Shown here piece by piece: positions 1-12,796 of a stretch of 64,000 nt of DNA. Location of the stretch: NCBI GenBank assembly GCA_951406725.2, contig OX597815.1, forward strand, positions 46,190,001 through 46,254,000. The letters are read 5' to 3'. Position numbers and translations under genes: made by a program. The stretch comes from Octopus vulgaris. Lineage: Eukaryota. Numbering within the stretch: position 1 is the stretch's first letter; each line of letters opens with the position of its first letter. The notes under the pieces were generated by a model that searched no databases, was not told where the DNA came from, and saw only the letters and a program-made list of their open reading frames with translations.

Positions 1-110
1 TAGAATAAGTATTAGACTTCCAAAGAATAATTCCTGGGGTTGATTTGCTCGACTAAAGGCGGTGCTCCAGCATGGCCACAGTCAAATGACTGAAACAAGT
101 AAAAGAGAGT
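1..110 (+). mobile_element. 3' end of tRNA-derived SINE family A (CORE-like, internal microsatellite)
   Basis: tagaataagta...gactaaaggcggtgctccagcatggccacagtcaaatgactgaaacaagtaaaagag matches the 3' ends of copies at 35350-35470 and 61230-61345. Confidence 0.9.
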
Positions 111-1335
111 ACAAGTAAATATATAGTTGGTAAGCTACGAAGTTTTCCTTGTGAATTTTGTGAACTACCCTCTAACGAAGGTTGTACATCACTTTTATAA
201 TAATAAAGTTTAGATAGCAAACATCGTATCATATTTAAATTAGATTATCATTAAAAGCCTAATCAACCCATGTGTTTGCCTTGTGATAGAATCTTTCATA
301 GAAGAACAGTATTAGAAAACACAGAAATATATCAGTAGCAGAGGAAAATCGTCCAGCAACGGCGGTGACATTGCTAAATGTATACTTCTGCCACTCTGAG
401 CTTCATCAGCAGGAAGTATCTACGGCAATTGCATGCTAGGACAAAATCCGCCGTTACTTATATAAGTAAAATAGGAACTGAAAAATCACAGATACGTAAT
501 TAGCCGTAGGCTGATAAAAAGTTCGTTATGTGCGAGAGAAGCAGTATTAGTTTAAAATGACATTACGTGTATCATACTTAAAGATGTATAATCGAAAACC
601 TAAATTTGAAAGCATTCTTTTTATCTCCATGTTAGCTTTGTCTGAGCAGAGACCTATCATAAAAAGTATTCCAGCCTTGAATGACCCAACATTTTTAGAC
701 ATTGTGCAAAATGTCCTTTCTTTTCTTAAAAACATATAATGGAAATTATTAGAAGTGTTGCGATTTCTTGCAAACTGATCAACACAGAGACTACTCACTA
801 GCTCCTAAGTGATTAGATGATATATTTAGCTGGCGAAGTAGCGGTTGTGTGTGTCAGGTTTCTTTAATATTGGCCGAAGTATTGAACTTAGTTTTCATCC
901 GCAACTTCCAACAGAAATAGACTTGGCTGGGGCTCGAGATTAAGGACTTTGGTCTGAGGTTAATATCAAGAGCACCTTCTAGTTGTGTTGCCTTTTTAAG
1001 GCTTCAGATAAAGAATTTGATTAAATATAGAACCAAACGAAGTACTCCTTAATTTTACAATGCTCTCGTATAGTGTCTGGTATTTATTTGCCGTTAGGTA
1101 AACTGAACTTTCAAGAGTTACGGGGAATTGAACGAACTGTCGGGTTGTGCTAGCTTGTTTGATTACTTCATTCTTCAAGTGAAACAATGTTGCACGTGTT
1201 GTTCGTTAAATCTATGATAATCTTAGGAGGAGAATGCAAGAATTAAATAGGGTTAGTTAGTTTGAAATCAAGGGTCCCGTGTAGTGAATAGTACATTGTC
1301 TGATGACAAGTATATACACGAAAATTAACCTCTGA
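110..1335 (-). mobile_element. Decayed Penelope-like retroelement relic
   Basis: Minus-strand peptide GLCSDKANMEIKRMLSNLGF resembles the PLE RT thumb (ICS...EI..L..NGY). A degenerate hammerhead-like CTGATGA motif lies downstream on the same strand (~373-412). 1060-1330 is homologous to 4255-4490. Confidence 0.5.
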
Positions 1336-1394
1336 CATTAACTTATTCACCTTATAAAGGCAGCGCCACTACCATCCTATTGTTTAAATCTATC

Positions 1395-1395
1395 A

Positions 1396-1481
<86 letters not shown>
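1395..1481. repeat. (TCTA)n microsatellite
   Basis: Direct reading. Confidence 0.99.
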
Positions 1482-1482
<1 letters not shown>

Positions 1483-2151
1483 AACCTGTTAATATGCGTA
1501 CCTGTATCCCTGTATATATATTTACTTTATTTATCAGTAAAACGTTCTACTTTCAACAGCGCGTGGGTTTATTAGAAAATCTTTTAAAACTTCTCTACAC
1601 TGTACTCGTAATACCTTTGTTACTGTTGCCATCTTCGTTTCCCGGATACGGAGGGCGCTAAAGATAATACTAACTTCTTTGTAAAGACTTTTAGTGTTGT
1701 TGACAGACCGGTGTGAAAAAGATTATTGGTACACACGGGCGAATCATACTTTTGTGTCCTTTAATTCATAAGACATCAAGGAGGGCGAAATCTATTAAAA
1801 CAGCTGTCTATTTCAATGTTGCTGACATTATTTTAGTTGTACTAATAGATGTTTGTACATATGTGACAGTTGAGAAGTATTACTACGGCAAGGAATGCGA
1901 AAAGTAATAAAATCAACGTCACACCGGATGTTTAATTTGGTCGGGAGAGCTTAGTGGGTAGAGAGTTCAAACGCTGGATTTGACGGTTTCAATTAAAGTC
2001 ACAGTAAATCATAAAATTACACGTGTCATAATCATTGCCGCAACAAAAGAAATTGTAACGTAAAATACTATAGCTCACCGTTTCTTCTATTGTTTATTAA
2101 AGCCAATATATTGGATTTCTAACGTGTGCTTAAAATAAAATATTAGAATAG

Positions 2152-2365
2152 GTATGTATGTATGTATGTATGTATGTATGTATGTATGTATGTATGTATG
2201 TATGTATGTATGTATGTATGTATGTATGTATGTATGTATGTATGTATGTATGTATGTATGTATGTATGTATGTATGTATGTATGTATGTATGTATGTATG
2301 TGAATGTATATGTATGTGTGTATGTATATGTATGTGTATGTGTATGTATGCATGCTTATATGTAT
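2152..2365. repeat. (GTAT)n microsatellite
   Basis: Direct reading. Confidence 0.99.
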
Positions 2366-3034
2366 GATTTTTCTTTGAGTTTAATTTCTTTTAGAGAGAG
2401 TTTAATTCGGCTGCTGACAAAGCGACAAGACTATTTGAGTTAAGAGAGTTCCCGGTGTTTGTAAATATGTTGATGCATTGGTGTGTTGGTTGAATTATCG
2501 ATACATACACCCAATTTTGTGCATCTATTCACATAATAATCTCACATGGAGGAATTTTGGAATGTCTTACAAATCTTCACAGTGCCACTAACAGATTGGA
2601 TGTGTGCGTCTATGTATATATGTATGAATGTATGGTGTATGTAAAAATTCGTACATACGTTTGAATGAGTGCATGTAATCTGTTTTTTTTTTCTCTTTTA
2701 ATTATCTGAACCTTTTCTAAAAGATGTGAAGTAATTTCTTACAAAGAAACAAAACCTCATTGCTGCAATTTAGATAACACCAGTGATAAAGGGTTACATG
2801 TTAACCTTTGCAAAAATCCGTTTACATACTGTTTTCGTAAAAATGCATCTGCTGGTCTCTAACATACTTAGAGTAATACTGTTAAAAAAGAATATTACCG
2901 TACATGGGATGTAGATGTTGGAAGTCAGAGGTTGATGCATCGGTGGCAAGCGTCTCATTTCTAACGGCAAACTGTTTCGAACATAGGCAAGGCGCAGGAC
3001 AAAATTTGCTGCCTTTCTTTCAAATATATTGGAA

Positions 3035-3440
3035 TCAAATTTTGGTACAAAGCCAGCAATCTCGGAAGAGGAATAAGTCGATTACATGAACCCCAAAACG
3101 ATGAAAAGACAAAGTCGACCACGGTGGAATTTGAACTCAGAATGTAAAGATAGTCGAAGTGCCGCTAAGCATTTTGCCCGGCATGCTAATGATTCTGCCA
3201 GCTCAACTCCTTTCTATAAAATATAATATCGGTTTCAAATTTTGGCACAAGTCCTTAATTTCAAAAGAGAGGATAAGTTGATTACATCGACCCCAGTGAC
3301 CATCTGGTACTTATTTTATCGACTCCAAAAGTACGAAAGGCAAAGTAGACCTCTGCAGAAGTTGAACTCACAACGTAAAAATGAACAAAATGCCGCTAAG
3401 CATATTGCTCGGCGTGTAAACGATTCTGCCAGCTCACCGT
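3035..3440 (-). mobile_element. Two adjacent copies of SINE family B (tRNA head plus Meta/MESC-like core)
   Basis: Reverse-complement matches to ggcggcgagctggcagaa..gagttcaaattccgccgaggtcgactttgcctttcatcc at ~3035-3205 and ~3230-3440. Confidence 0.85.
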
Positions 3441-3750
3441 GTTCCTTCGAGATATAATACTGATACAAATTCTAAATCATCTGATGACACGTAAAAACGT
3501 ATGCAAGTTGCAAATGATGCAGATTTTGAAGATGCAGTGAAGAAATGGTTTAACAATTTGCAGTATTAATTATATTATTATTATATACGGCAATGCGAAG
3601 TAACAAAATGATTAAATGAATTTTTGAGTATCATCTATAATTTTGTTATTATCATGTTCAGTGTGTAGTGCATATATTCCCATTGTTGTATATGTATACC
3701 ATATTAATCTCTAGTATCTGTTAACTCGGATTATTCAGCTTCCTCTACAG

Positions 3751-4078
3751 CAGTGGTTCTCAACGTAGTTTCATATGACACCTGGGAGTCATTATAAGAT
3801 TTGGGGAGGTCCTCATACGCAAAACAGTAAATTGGAGGTCCACAGTAGTATTTTAGAGGCCCTTGACAAAATTTTGCTTTAGATAGCAACAGCTAGGTTT
3901 CTTCGTCTAATGTTTTGCATGATTCAAATTACACGAGTTAATGTATTAAAAACAAAATATGAATGTTGAAAGAAGTATCTATAAAACTCGTTTCAAAACA
4001 TCGAATAACTATTGGGGTCCACTAGAATAAAATAGTAATTAAAGGGGTTCACGGGTAAAAAATGGTTCAGAACCAGTG
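3751..4078. mobile_element. hAT/Charlie-like MITE
   Basis: TIRs cagtggttctcaac / gttcagaaccagtg; 8-bp TSD-like flanks ctctacag / ctctataa; a related partial copy ends at ~62048. Confidence 0.75.
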
Positions 4079-4199
4079 CTCTATAAGTTAAGCCACGTTT
4101 CATTAACGATATCAAGCTCACCGTAATTTCAGTCAGAACTATATTTCTCATGTATTGTGACTAGGTTGACATAGTGGATTAAGAACTCTGGTCGGAAGG

Positions 4200-4490
4200 T
4201 AAAATCACGACTACCTTCAAGTAACTGAATGAAACAAAATATTCCTTAATTATGCAATACTCTCGTTTATTACAAGGTATTTATTTGCAGTTAGGTGAAC
4301 TGATCTCACAAGAATATCATTCTTCAAATAGGACATTGTTCTATGTATTATGTTTTAAAACTACTATAATCTCGCTTGGAGCATGAAAGAATTAAGTTGG
4401 ATTAAGTTAGTTTAAAAGCGAAGGTTCTGTGTATTGAAAAATTACAGGAGATCTGACATAGAGGACAAGTATGCACATGAAAATTCCCCA
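4200..4490 (-). mobile_element. Second diverged Penelope-like RT fragment
   Basis: Aligns by eye to 1060-1330; minus strand shows a frameshifted ILVLY(D)VRS resembling the PLE RT motif VSFDVxSLF. Confidence 0.45.
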
Positions 4491-4559
4491 GAGTAACTTA
4501 CTTTATGCATCAATTTTAAGGGTAATGCAACAATTGTCCTAAAACGAACGCAAGAAAAC

Positions 4560-5470
4560 AGATGCTTAACATTGAGTGAAATAGACTTTCAATGTTGCAT
4601 TATAGCACCTCTTCGACAACATCTACTAACCACCACATATCGAAGCGAATCCATGGATTAGGCTTGCACATACGAAACAGATGGCATCATAAGAGTAGGA
4701 AAGGAGTGCTTCGGATAGAAAGGGATACACGCCTAGGTGTGTTACATAGCTCTAACGCAACAGAATATACGACTGGCAATTTTATTACTTGTCATCAGAA
4801 GATCATGCATAGCTATGCTGTCAGAAAACTTCCAAGTTATAGTAGCAGATTACCATAATAGTCTGACAATCTGTATACCACTTCTACTGAAGATATGATT
4901 TTGCGAAACGCGACAAGGATATAGGAAAATACTTGATGTACAAATGGAGTAGAGATGCCGACTGAACTCCATTAGATATAACTAAAGCAGGCTGTGCGGA
5001 AATATTAGCAAGGGTGTGAAACACAACATAAGCAGCTGTCCGAAAAATGTCGCCAAAATACGGTCTATTTACGAAGTATTATGTAGAAGCAAAAAGAGTT
5101 AAACAATGTAATTCGCAGAGAAAGTAGTTTTAAAAGATCGATACATAACAAACGATGTAAAGGGCATATTCTCACCCAATGAGTTGGGGAAGAGTCCCAA
5201 CTTCAGTAAAGTGTATGTATGCATAGCATACCAGACGAAATAACTTTGAATAGAGAAAAGAAATTATTCCTTGTAGCAGAAATTAGTCTTTCAGTACACG
5301 TTAACATGTTAAAACTAAACTAGCTATGCTAAATTATTGAGAAATAAGTCAAAAAAGCTTTAGAGCCATACCTGTGATTATTGGAGGACTCGGTTATGCA
5401 GCTAAACGTCTCAGCATCAACGCTGAAAACTGGGTTTCACGAAAGCAGAAGAGGGATTGTTAATTAGGAA
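4560..5470 (+). mobile_element. Highly decayed RLE-type LINE (R4/Dong-like) C-terminal fragment
   Basis: Broken frames ending in PVIIGGLG (cctgtgattattggaggactcggt, ~5371), typical of the restriction-like endonuclease end. Confidence 0.5.
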
Positions 5471-5619
5471 ATATCAATTACACGCTATGAAAATAACTGT
5501 GAAAATATGTAAACCATTCAATACAATCATATGTATCTGTACATAAGTCATAACAAACATACAGAAGTGAAAACAAACAGCTCCACACATACAACGTCAA
5601 GCATGCATGCGTATGCTCA

Positions 5620-5830
5620 CATACATACATACATACATACATACATACATACATACATACATACATACATACATGCATACATGCATACATACATACATAC
5701 ATACGTACATACATACATACGTACGTACGTACATACATACATACATACATACGTACATACATACATACGTACATACATACGTACGTACATACATACATAC
5801 ATACATGCATACATACATACATACATACAT
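5620..5830. repeat. (TACA)n microsatellite
   Basis: Direct reading. Confidence 0.99.
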
Positions 5831-6010
5831 TAGAATATTTACACATATGTAAATACATTAATTCATATGTACACACTCGTTTATTTTCCCTAAGTTCCAA
5901 TGAAAGAGTTTTGTCGTTTAAAAATCTACTTTTCGTCCCTCAGAGAGAAATTAAAAAACACATGCGGATATATATTGTTACATACAAAAAAACGTGTTCA
6001 TAATTTACAC

Positions 6011-6366
6011 AGGCGTGACTGTGTAGTTAGAAGTTTGCTTCCCAACCACATGGTTCCGGGTTCAGTCTCACTGCGTGGCACCTTGGGCAAGTGTCGTCTA
6101 CTATAGCTTCGGGCCAACCAAAGCCTTGTGAGTAAATTTGGTAGACGAAACTGAAAGAAGCCCGTCGTATGCATATACCGCTGGGGGATTTGAATGGATT
6201 AACGGAACCTGTTTTACGGGAAATTTCACTGACTGTTTTTCTTCTGAAGATGAGCCTTTGCACCAGAAATATAAAGCTTACATGAAACTTCTGCATTGTC
6301 GGAAGCGTTATACTTTCAGTCTTTTTACTTTCTCCGATATTACAATGCTTCAAGCGAACTGCAACG

Positions 6367-6456
<90 letters not shown>

Positions 6457-6570
6457 CCTTTGTTTATGTGTTTATTCTTCAGTAACTCTTGACAACAGGT
6501 GTTGATGTGCTAACGTCCCGTAAGCCGGCGGATCAGCAAAAGTCACTGATAGAATAAGTATCAGGCTTTA
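6011..6570 (+). mobile_element. SINE family A with a ~190-bp insert in its internal microsatellite
   Basis: tRNA-like head (ggttccgggttcagtc B-box-like), caccttgggcaagtg core, insert 6178-6369, then the 3' half. Confidence 0.85.
6239..6305 (+). ncRNA. Degenerate type I hammerhead-like motif
   Basis: CTGAAGA 6244-6250, stem II tgagc/gctta, GAAA 6284-6287, c...g stem III, TC 6299-6300; stem I is weak. Confidence 0.45.
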
Positions 6571-6599
6571 CAATATGTATAAATAAAAGAGATAATAAT

Positions 6600-6815
6600 A
6601 ATGGTTTTAAATTTTGCCGCAAGGGTAGCTATTTTGGGGGAGGGGGATATATCGATTACATCGACCCCAGTGTTTCACTGGTAGTTAAATTATCGACCTC
6701 CAAAAGGATGAAAGGCAAAGTTGACCTCGGTGGAATTTGAACTCACAACGTAGTGACAGACGAAATACCGCAAAGCATTTTGCCCGGCGTGCTAACGATT
6801 TCGCCAGCTCACTGC
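6600..6815 (-). mobile_element. SINE family B
   Basis: aggatgaaaggcaaagttgacctcggtggaatttgaactc...gccagctc. Confidence 0.9.
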
Positions 6816-6844
6816 CTTATCATCATGATGATGATCATGATCAT

Positions 6845-7117
<273 letters not shown>

Positions 7118-8250
7118 GCACTGGTGTCGATTCATTTGATTAAAATGACTAGAATGAGCTAAAGAAAAGATAGATAATCAAAAACGAGTACTGTACACAT
7201 ATTAACAGAAAGTTTTGCACAATCATCTTTGAAACTCCTCAATTTTGTGGGAAAGTTACACAATGGTACGTAGCAAGAAAGGGTGTAATAAGTAGTTATA
7301 GGTACAAAATAGTAATGCTCTGCAGAAAGTCCAATGAGATCAATATTTCAAAGCACTAGGCAAAGCAAAATAAAAGAAAACTACTCTCACTTGCCATACC
7401 TCAACAATCGTGCAGCAATGTCTGAAAATGTTTTGGTAGAAAACTGTACGTTTACAAATTTGACGCAAGCGATCACAGTAAATTTCTCCAAGCAAAGTCG
7501 ACCTCGGCGGAATTTGAACTCAGAACGTAAAGACAGACGAAATACTACTAAGTATTTCGCCCGGCGTGCTAACGTTTCTGCCAGCTCGCCGCCGAACTAG
7601 TTTCTATTTCACAGATAGCATTATATGCTTCTTCAGAATATTAAGTTTATCAGATCTATCCGATATCAGGCTTAACGCCCTACAGTTTAAAAAGAGGTTC
7701 ACACATACATACATACATACATACATACATACATACATACATACATACATACATACATACATACATACATACATACAGTTTGCAAGTCCAGTACCCAAGA
7801 TATTCTTTCAGCTTCATAACTATTATTATTGTAGCAACAGGATACTTACCAACCTGACTCGAGCAAGCTATGGCTGAACATGGGATCTTGGTAGGCGAGT
7901 AGGAAGAATACAAATCCTTAATTCATATGCTACAAATGATCACGACATCTGGAACAATAAAGATCTACAAGACATTCTTAAGTTTTAAAGGATGATGGTT
8001 AAAACAAGATAATTTCTTTCACAACCTTGCTACCAAATAGGTGACCGGTCAAAATTTGCTCTAAAATTAAAATAAAAGAACATATATACATACATACATA
8101 CATACATACATACATACATACATACATGCATACATACGTACATACATACATACATACATACATACATACATACATACATACGTACATACATGCATACATT
8201 CATACATACATACATACATGCATACGTACATACATACATACATACATGCA

Positions 8251-8284
<34 letters not shown>

Positions 8285-8302
8285 CATACATATATACATA
8301 CA

Positions 8303-8333
<31 letters not shown>

Positions 8334-8344
8334 TTATATATATA

Positions 8345-9609
8345 CAGACATGCAGGAAGTAAATAGACACCTTTAATTTTCAAAATCTTTTATTTAATAC
8401 GCAAAGTGAACAATTGAAATGTAATCGATAGGTAGGACTACATACTTTAGTATTTAGTTGACATTCCCTTTGCAGCTTTTAAATCAGAAACTCATTTTGG
8501 CTTTGTGATTGCTTCTTGTGAAATTTCTGTCCACTTTTCATGCAACAATCGAAACAATTCATCTTTAGATTTTGGTTTCTGTCAAGTTTTTCGTATAGCT
8601 CTGTCTAGTATGCTCCAAAGATTTACAATTGGGTTCATGTCAGGAGATTGGCTCGGCCAAGGAAGTTTTTTGATCCCATTTTCAGTCAACCATTGTTGAT
8701 TCCTTTTCGCTGTGTGGCATGGAGAGCCATCTTCCGTGAATAAAATCTCATTTTTCGTTATGTTATCGTGTGAATACATCGGAAGTTATCCTTGCTTAAG
8801 TATTTCGATGTATTTTTCAGAGTTTATGGTTCCAACACATTCCATCAGCTCAGAACGACCATTGCTGGTGACAGCTCCCCATACCATTACATAGATACCG
8901 CCATGTTTCACAGTTGGCTAGAGTCGTTTCAAATCAAATTCTTGATTGGGAAGCCTCCAGACCCAAACACATCCACTGTCTGAAAATAAAGCATATCTGG
9001 ATTCAATTAAAGAAAATCACCCTACCCCAAAGTGAACTAGATTTCTCTGACATTTCCTTAGCCCATTTCTTTCTTTTCATAATATTAATTGGTTGAAGGA
9101 GAGGTTTTCTTTTAGCTGCTCGTCCAAGCTTATGTACCCAAGCCTATGTAGATACGTAACACACGCTCTTGGACTAACTTCTAGCTGTTTTACAATGTCA
9201 GAAGCCTTCGAACGGGGTTCGTTTTCCACAATTCTCTTAAAACAGCGAAGCTTCCTTTCCGAGGGCCCAGGTCGGCCAGGACGAGAATCTGTTGATTCTT
9301 TTCCTTGTCTTTTGAATTGCACTATAATTCTATTAACAGTAGCAAGAGAAATTTGAAGATTTTCGGCAATTTTTCGCTGGCTAAGACCAGCCTCAGATTT
9401 CCCAACAATACTACCTCTTTGAAAATCTGACAGTTCTGCTGAATTTCTTCGTTCGTGGCATGGTTACTCTTCGCAAATGTTTAATATAAGGGCACCTGGA
9501 ATGAGAAAGAATAATTACATTGTAAATTCTACACCGCTGAAAACATATTAAGACGATTAGATCAGAAATTTTGAAAATTAAAGGTGTCTATTTACTTCCT
9601 GTATGTCTG
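8345..9609 (-). mobile_element. Tc1-family DNA transposon with both TIRs, inactive
   Basis: ~42-bp TIRs cagacatgcaggaagtaaatagacacctttaattttcaaaat (8345-8386; 9568-9609); TA at the left flank; transposase remnants inside. Confidence 0.93.
8447..9461 (-). pseudogene. Tc1 (DD34E-type) transposase pseudogene
   Basis: Frameshifted pieces: [12 protein letters not shown]..., RPGRP, EDGSPCH, WPSQSPDMNPIVNLW (catalytic E read as V). Confidence 0.9.
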
Positions 9610-10472
9610 TGTATATATAATATGCGTAATACTACGTAGTACGTATATGTATACACGCATACATATACATACATATATGTATGTTTGTATGTTGCTTTTG
9701 GTGTAGTTGTGTATATTGTTGCTGCTGTTCTTTTTGTTGTTCCTGCTGCTGGTACTGGTGTTGTTGTTGTTGATGTTGACGACGACGACGACGACGATGA
9801 TGACGATGATGACGATGACAACGACATGGTTTCAATGGGATTAAATCGTTAGATTAGATATTCAGATTTCAGATGTTATGGCGAGGAAAAATTAGGCATT
9901 CATGAATTCAAACTTAATTCCCTGAACAGAGGACATATTAATAACCCCAAAGTGATATCAATACATGTGTCTGGCATCTTTTAAATATTAACGCATGGTC
10001 AACAATTGACCAAATGATCCAGCCAGTTTTCTCACTTCGGCTAATTATTAAAGCGTGTAACATTTAATAGGTGTTAATATGAATACGTTCCCAAGTCCGG
10101 CCAGCATGTGATTTTGGGTGAAACTGGACAACAAGCAACTACGAACACACATACAAATGCAAATACGCACACATAGACTTTTATGCTATATGTGTGCGTG
10201 TACACACGCACACACACATACACACACACACACACATATATGTAGAAGGTTGAAAAGGAAGACACGAGTTGATATATATATATACTTGTGTGCGTGTGTG
10301 TGCGTGTGTGTGTGTGTGTGTGCGTGTATTTGAAGGAGCATGGCCTAGTGGGTTGGGGCGTTGCACTCATGATCGCAAAGTCGTGATTTCAATTCCTAGA
10401 CCGTGTGCTGCGTTTTTTTTTTTGAGTGAAACACTTCATCACACGTCTCTCTGCGATCACTTCGACATCAGA

Positions 10473-10710
10473 CTACGATTAATACATACATATACGGGTT
10501 TCGTTAAGATAAAATAAGAATTGTCCAAGCAAAAACATATATATAATTTTTATCCATATTCCATTATTATTATGTTTATATATCTATATGTCCATGTATA
10601 TGTTTAGTATTCATATATTTTTATATTTGTATATTTTTATATCTCTAATATATCAATATATATTTCAACTTGGACAATTTTAACTAAACCCGTATACGTG
10701 TTAATCGTAC
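10473..10710. repeat. Fold-back element (inverted arms, AT-rich spacer)
   Basis: tacgattaa..tatacgggttt..gttaa..aattgtccaag vs cttggacaatt..taac..aaacccgtatac..ttaatcgta. Confidence 0.75.
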
Positions 10711-10745
10711 TCTGCCTGATTTGAACTTTTTCTATTGTATCCCCT

Positions 10746-10821
<76 letters not shown>

Positions 10822-11029
10822 ATGTATGCATGTATGTATGCATTTATAGATTGTTTGAAGTGATGTACTGATTGTGTATATAAAGTAATTAGCGTTTTCA
10901 TCTCGTTTCAGAGACTCATCATATATATGTGTGTGTGTGTGTGTGCGATGTGTGTGTGTGTGTGCGTGTATATGTGTGTGGGTGTAGGTATGCGCACGCG
11001 CGTATATATATATATATATATATATATCA

Positions 11030-11434
11030 GACACAGGTTGTGTGTCGTTGACTAGCTGGAAAAGATGTTTTCCTGGGGTTAAAATGTAGTAACATCGATC
11101 TATATAGAACAGCCATGTTATAGTGGCAAAAAAAATGTTACCGTCTCGTATTGTTACTTCTTATATCTCATTTTGAGCTTTTAGAACTAGTTACTTTACT
11201 CCTTACGACTCTCTATTGCTTCTCTGTTTATATATTGTGTGTGTTGGGCCGATTAGCTGCCATCTCAATCAGGCAGGTGTCCAGTGCCGATGAAGGGTAA
11301 AGACCCAGAAACCATGGTCTACTGAACTCGCCAAGCTGGAGGGGAGTGATTCGCTCCCTTACTCACAATATATTGGACACAGGTTATGTGTTGGTGACCA
11401 GCTGGAAAAGACGTTTTCCTGGGATTAAAATGTA
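11030..11434 (+). mobile_element. pLTR/retrozyme-like unit: ~59-bp direct repeats 346 bp apart enclosing a hammerhead motif
   Basis: gacacaggtt.tgtgt.g.tgac.agctggaaaaga.gttttcctggg.ttaaaatgta at 11030-11088 and 11376-11434; begins next to a (TA)n tract. Confidence 0.75.
11282..11324 (+). ncRNA. Minimal type I hammerhead-like ribozyme, CCGAUGA core
   Basis: cagtg-CCGATGA-a-gggt(aaag)accc-a-GAAA-ccatgg-TC-tactg. Confidence 0.75.
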
Positions 11435-11436
11435 AT

Positions 11437-12140
11437 AAACAGAAAGAAAGAAGAATAAGCGAAGGGAAAATAGAAAGTGTAGAGTGCGCATCTGAATTAT
11501 TGAGATAAACCTTACTTGGAAATGGATGCGTGGCGATCGATCAAATAATAATATAAATAATATATATATTCAGATGCGCACTCTACACTCTCTATTCTCC
11601 TTTCGCTTATTCTTTCTGTTTTTCTTCTCTTCCCCCTTCCCCGTTCTCTTTCTCTCCCTGTCTCCCACACTCTTCCTACTTGACTCTCTCGTTGCTCACA
11701 CGTGACCAGTGGCTACCATTCTTTTTTCCACTTGCTTTACAAGACTTAAGGCCTACTTTTGCCTGTCTCTTGTTACAGCTCCTTTCTCCAGCATTCACCA
11801 CTTCACCTCGTTATAGCTTAACAGCCATCACCGTTTGCTTTTACTGTTTTTTTCTTATTGTCCTGTTTTTGTTACTACTTTAACCCACCGCAAAAATCCC
11901 AAATTTTATTTAATTTGCTTTGCGGGATGGACTGTTTTAACGAAGTCGCGTCTTGTCCTAACATTCGTGACGCGGAGTAGATAAAATAAGAGACAACTGT
12001 CGAATGGATTGTTCTTTGTGTTTTCTGTCACATTTCTCTATTTGTTTCTTCCGTTGTCCGAAAAAAAGTTCGTTTTCTATATTTTTGTTGTTTTTAATGT
12101 TCACGTTTTCATTTTGTTCACATTTTTTGACGTCCTTTAC
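11437..12140 (+). mobile_element. Penelope-like non-coding element with terminal fold-back
   Basis: Inverted arms 11437-11497 / 11568-11621; CT-rich tract with cacgtgacc as in the 41594-42237 element; hammerhead-like motif at 11925-12010. Confidence 0.6.
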
Positions 12141-12202
12141 CCATATATGCATGTATATATACATATATATGTAAGTATGTACATATATGTATGTATATAT
12201 GC

Positions 12203-12245
<43 letters not shown>

Positions 12246-12682
12246 GTGTGTACATACAAATATATATATATACACACGCACATACACAATACACAAATGT
12301 AAATTCATATAAACGAATATACATATATACACACATATGTGTGTATGTGCATATACAAACAGGCACACACACACACACACGGAAACGGACATACACATGC
12401 TTAAAACATTTGTATATATACTTATGTAAATGCACATAAAAATATATGTTGTGTACGCCTTTTGTGTATAAACGCATAAATATACAGTCTCTGCTGACGA
12501 CGCAGATTCAAAGGCACGTGTTTAACAAAGTATGTGATGATAACATAACCATCGTGATTACATACACATGCATTTAAGTATTCGTCATACGGCCTCTGTT
12601 GTGAATCCATGTGTAAACTCTATTGGCAGTTGTTTAGACTAGCCACCAGCTTATGTGTCATACATGGGAATAATAGAACGGA

Positions 12683-12730
<48 letters not shown>

Positions 12731-12754
12731 TGTGCACATAAATGCACAGAATAA

Positions 12755-12796
<42 letters not shown>

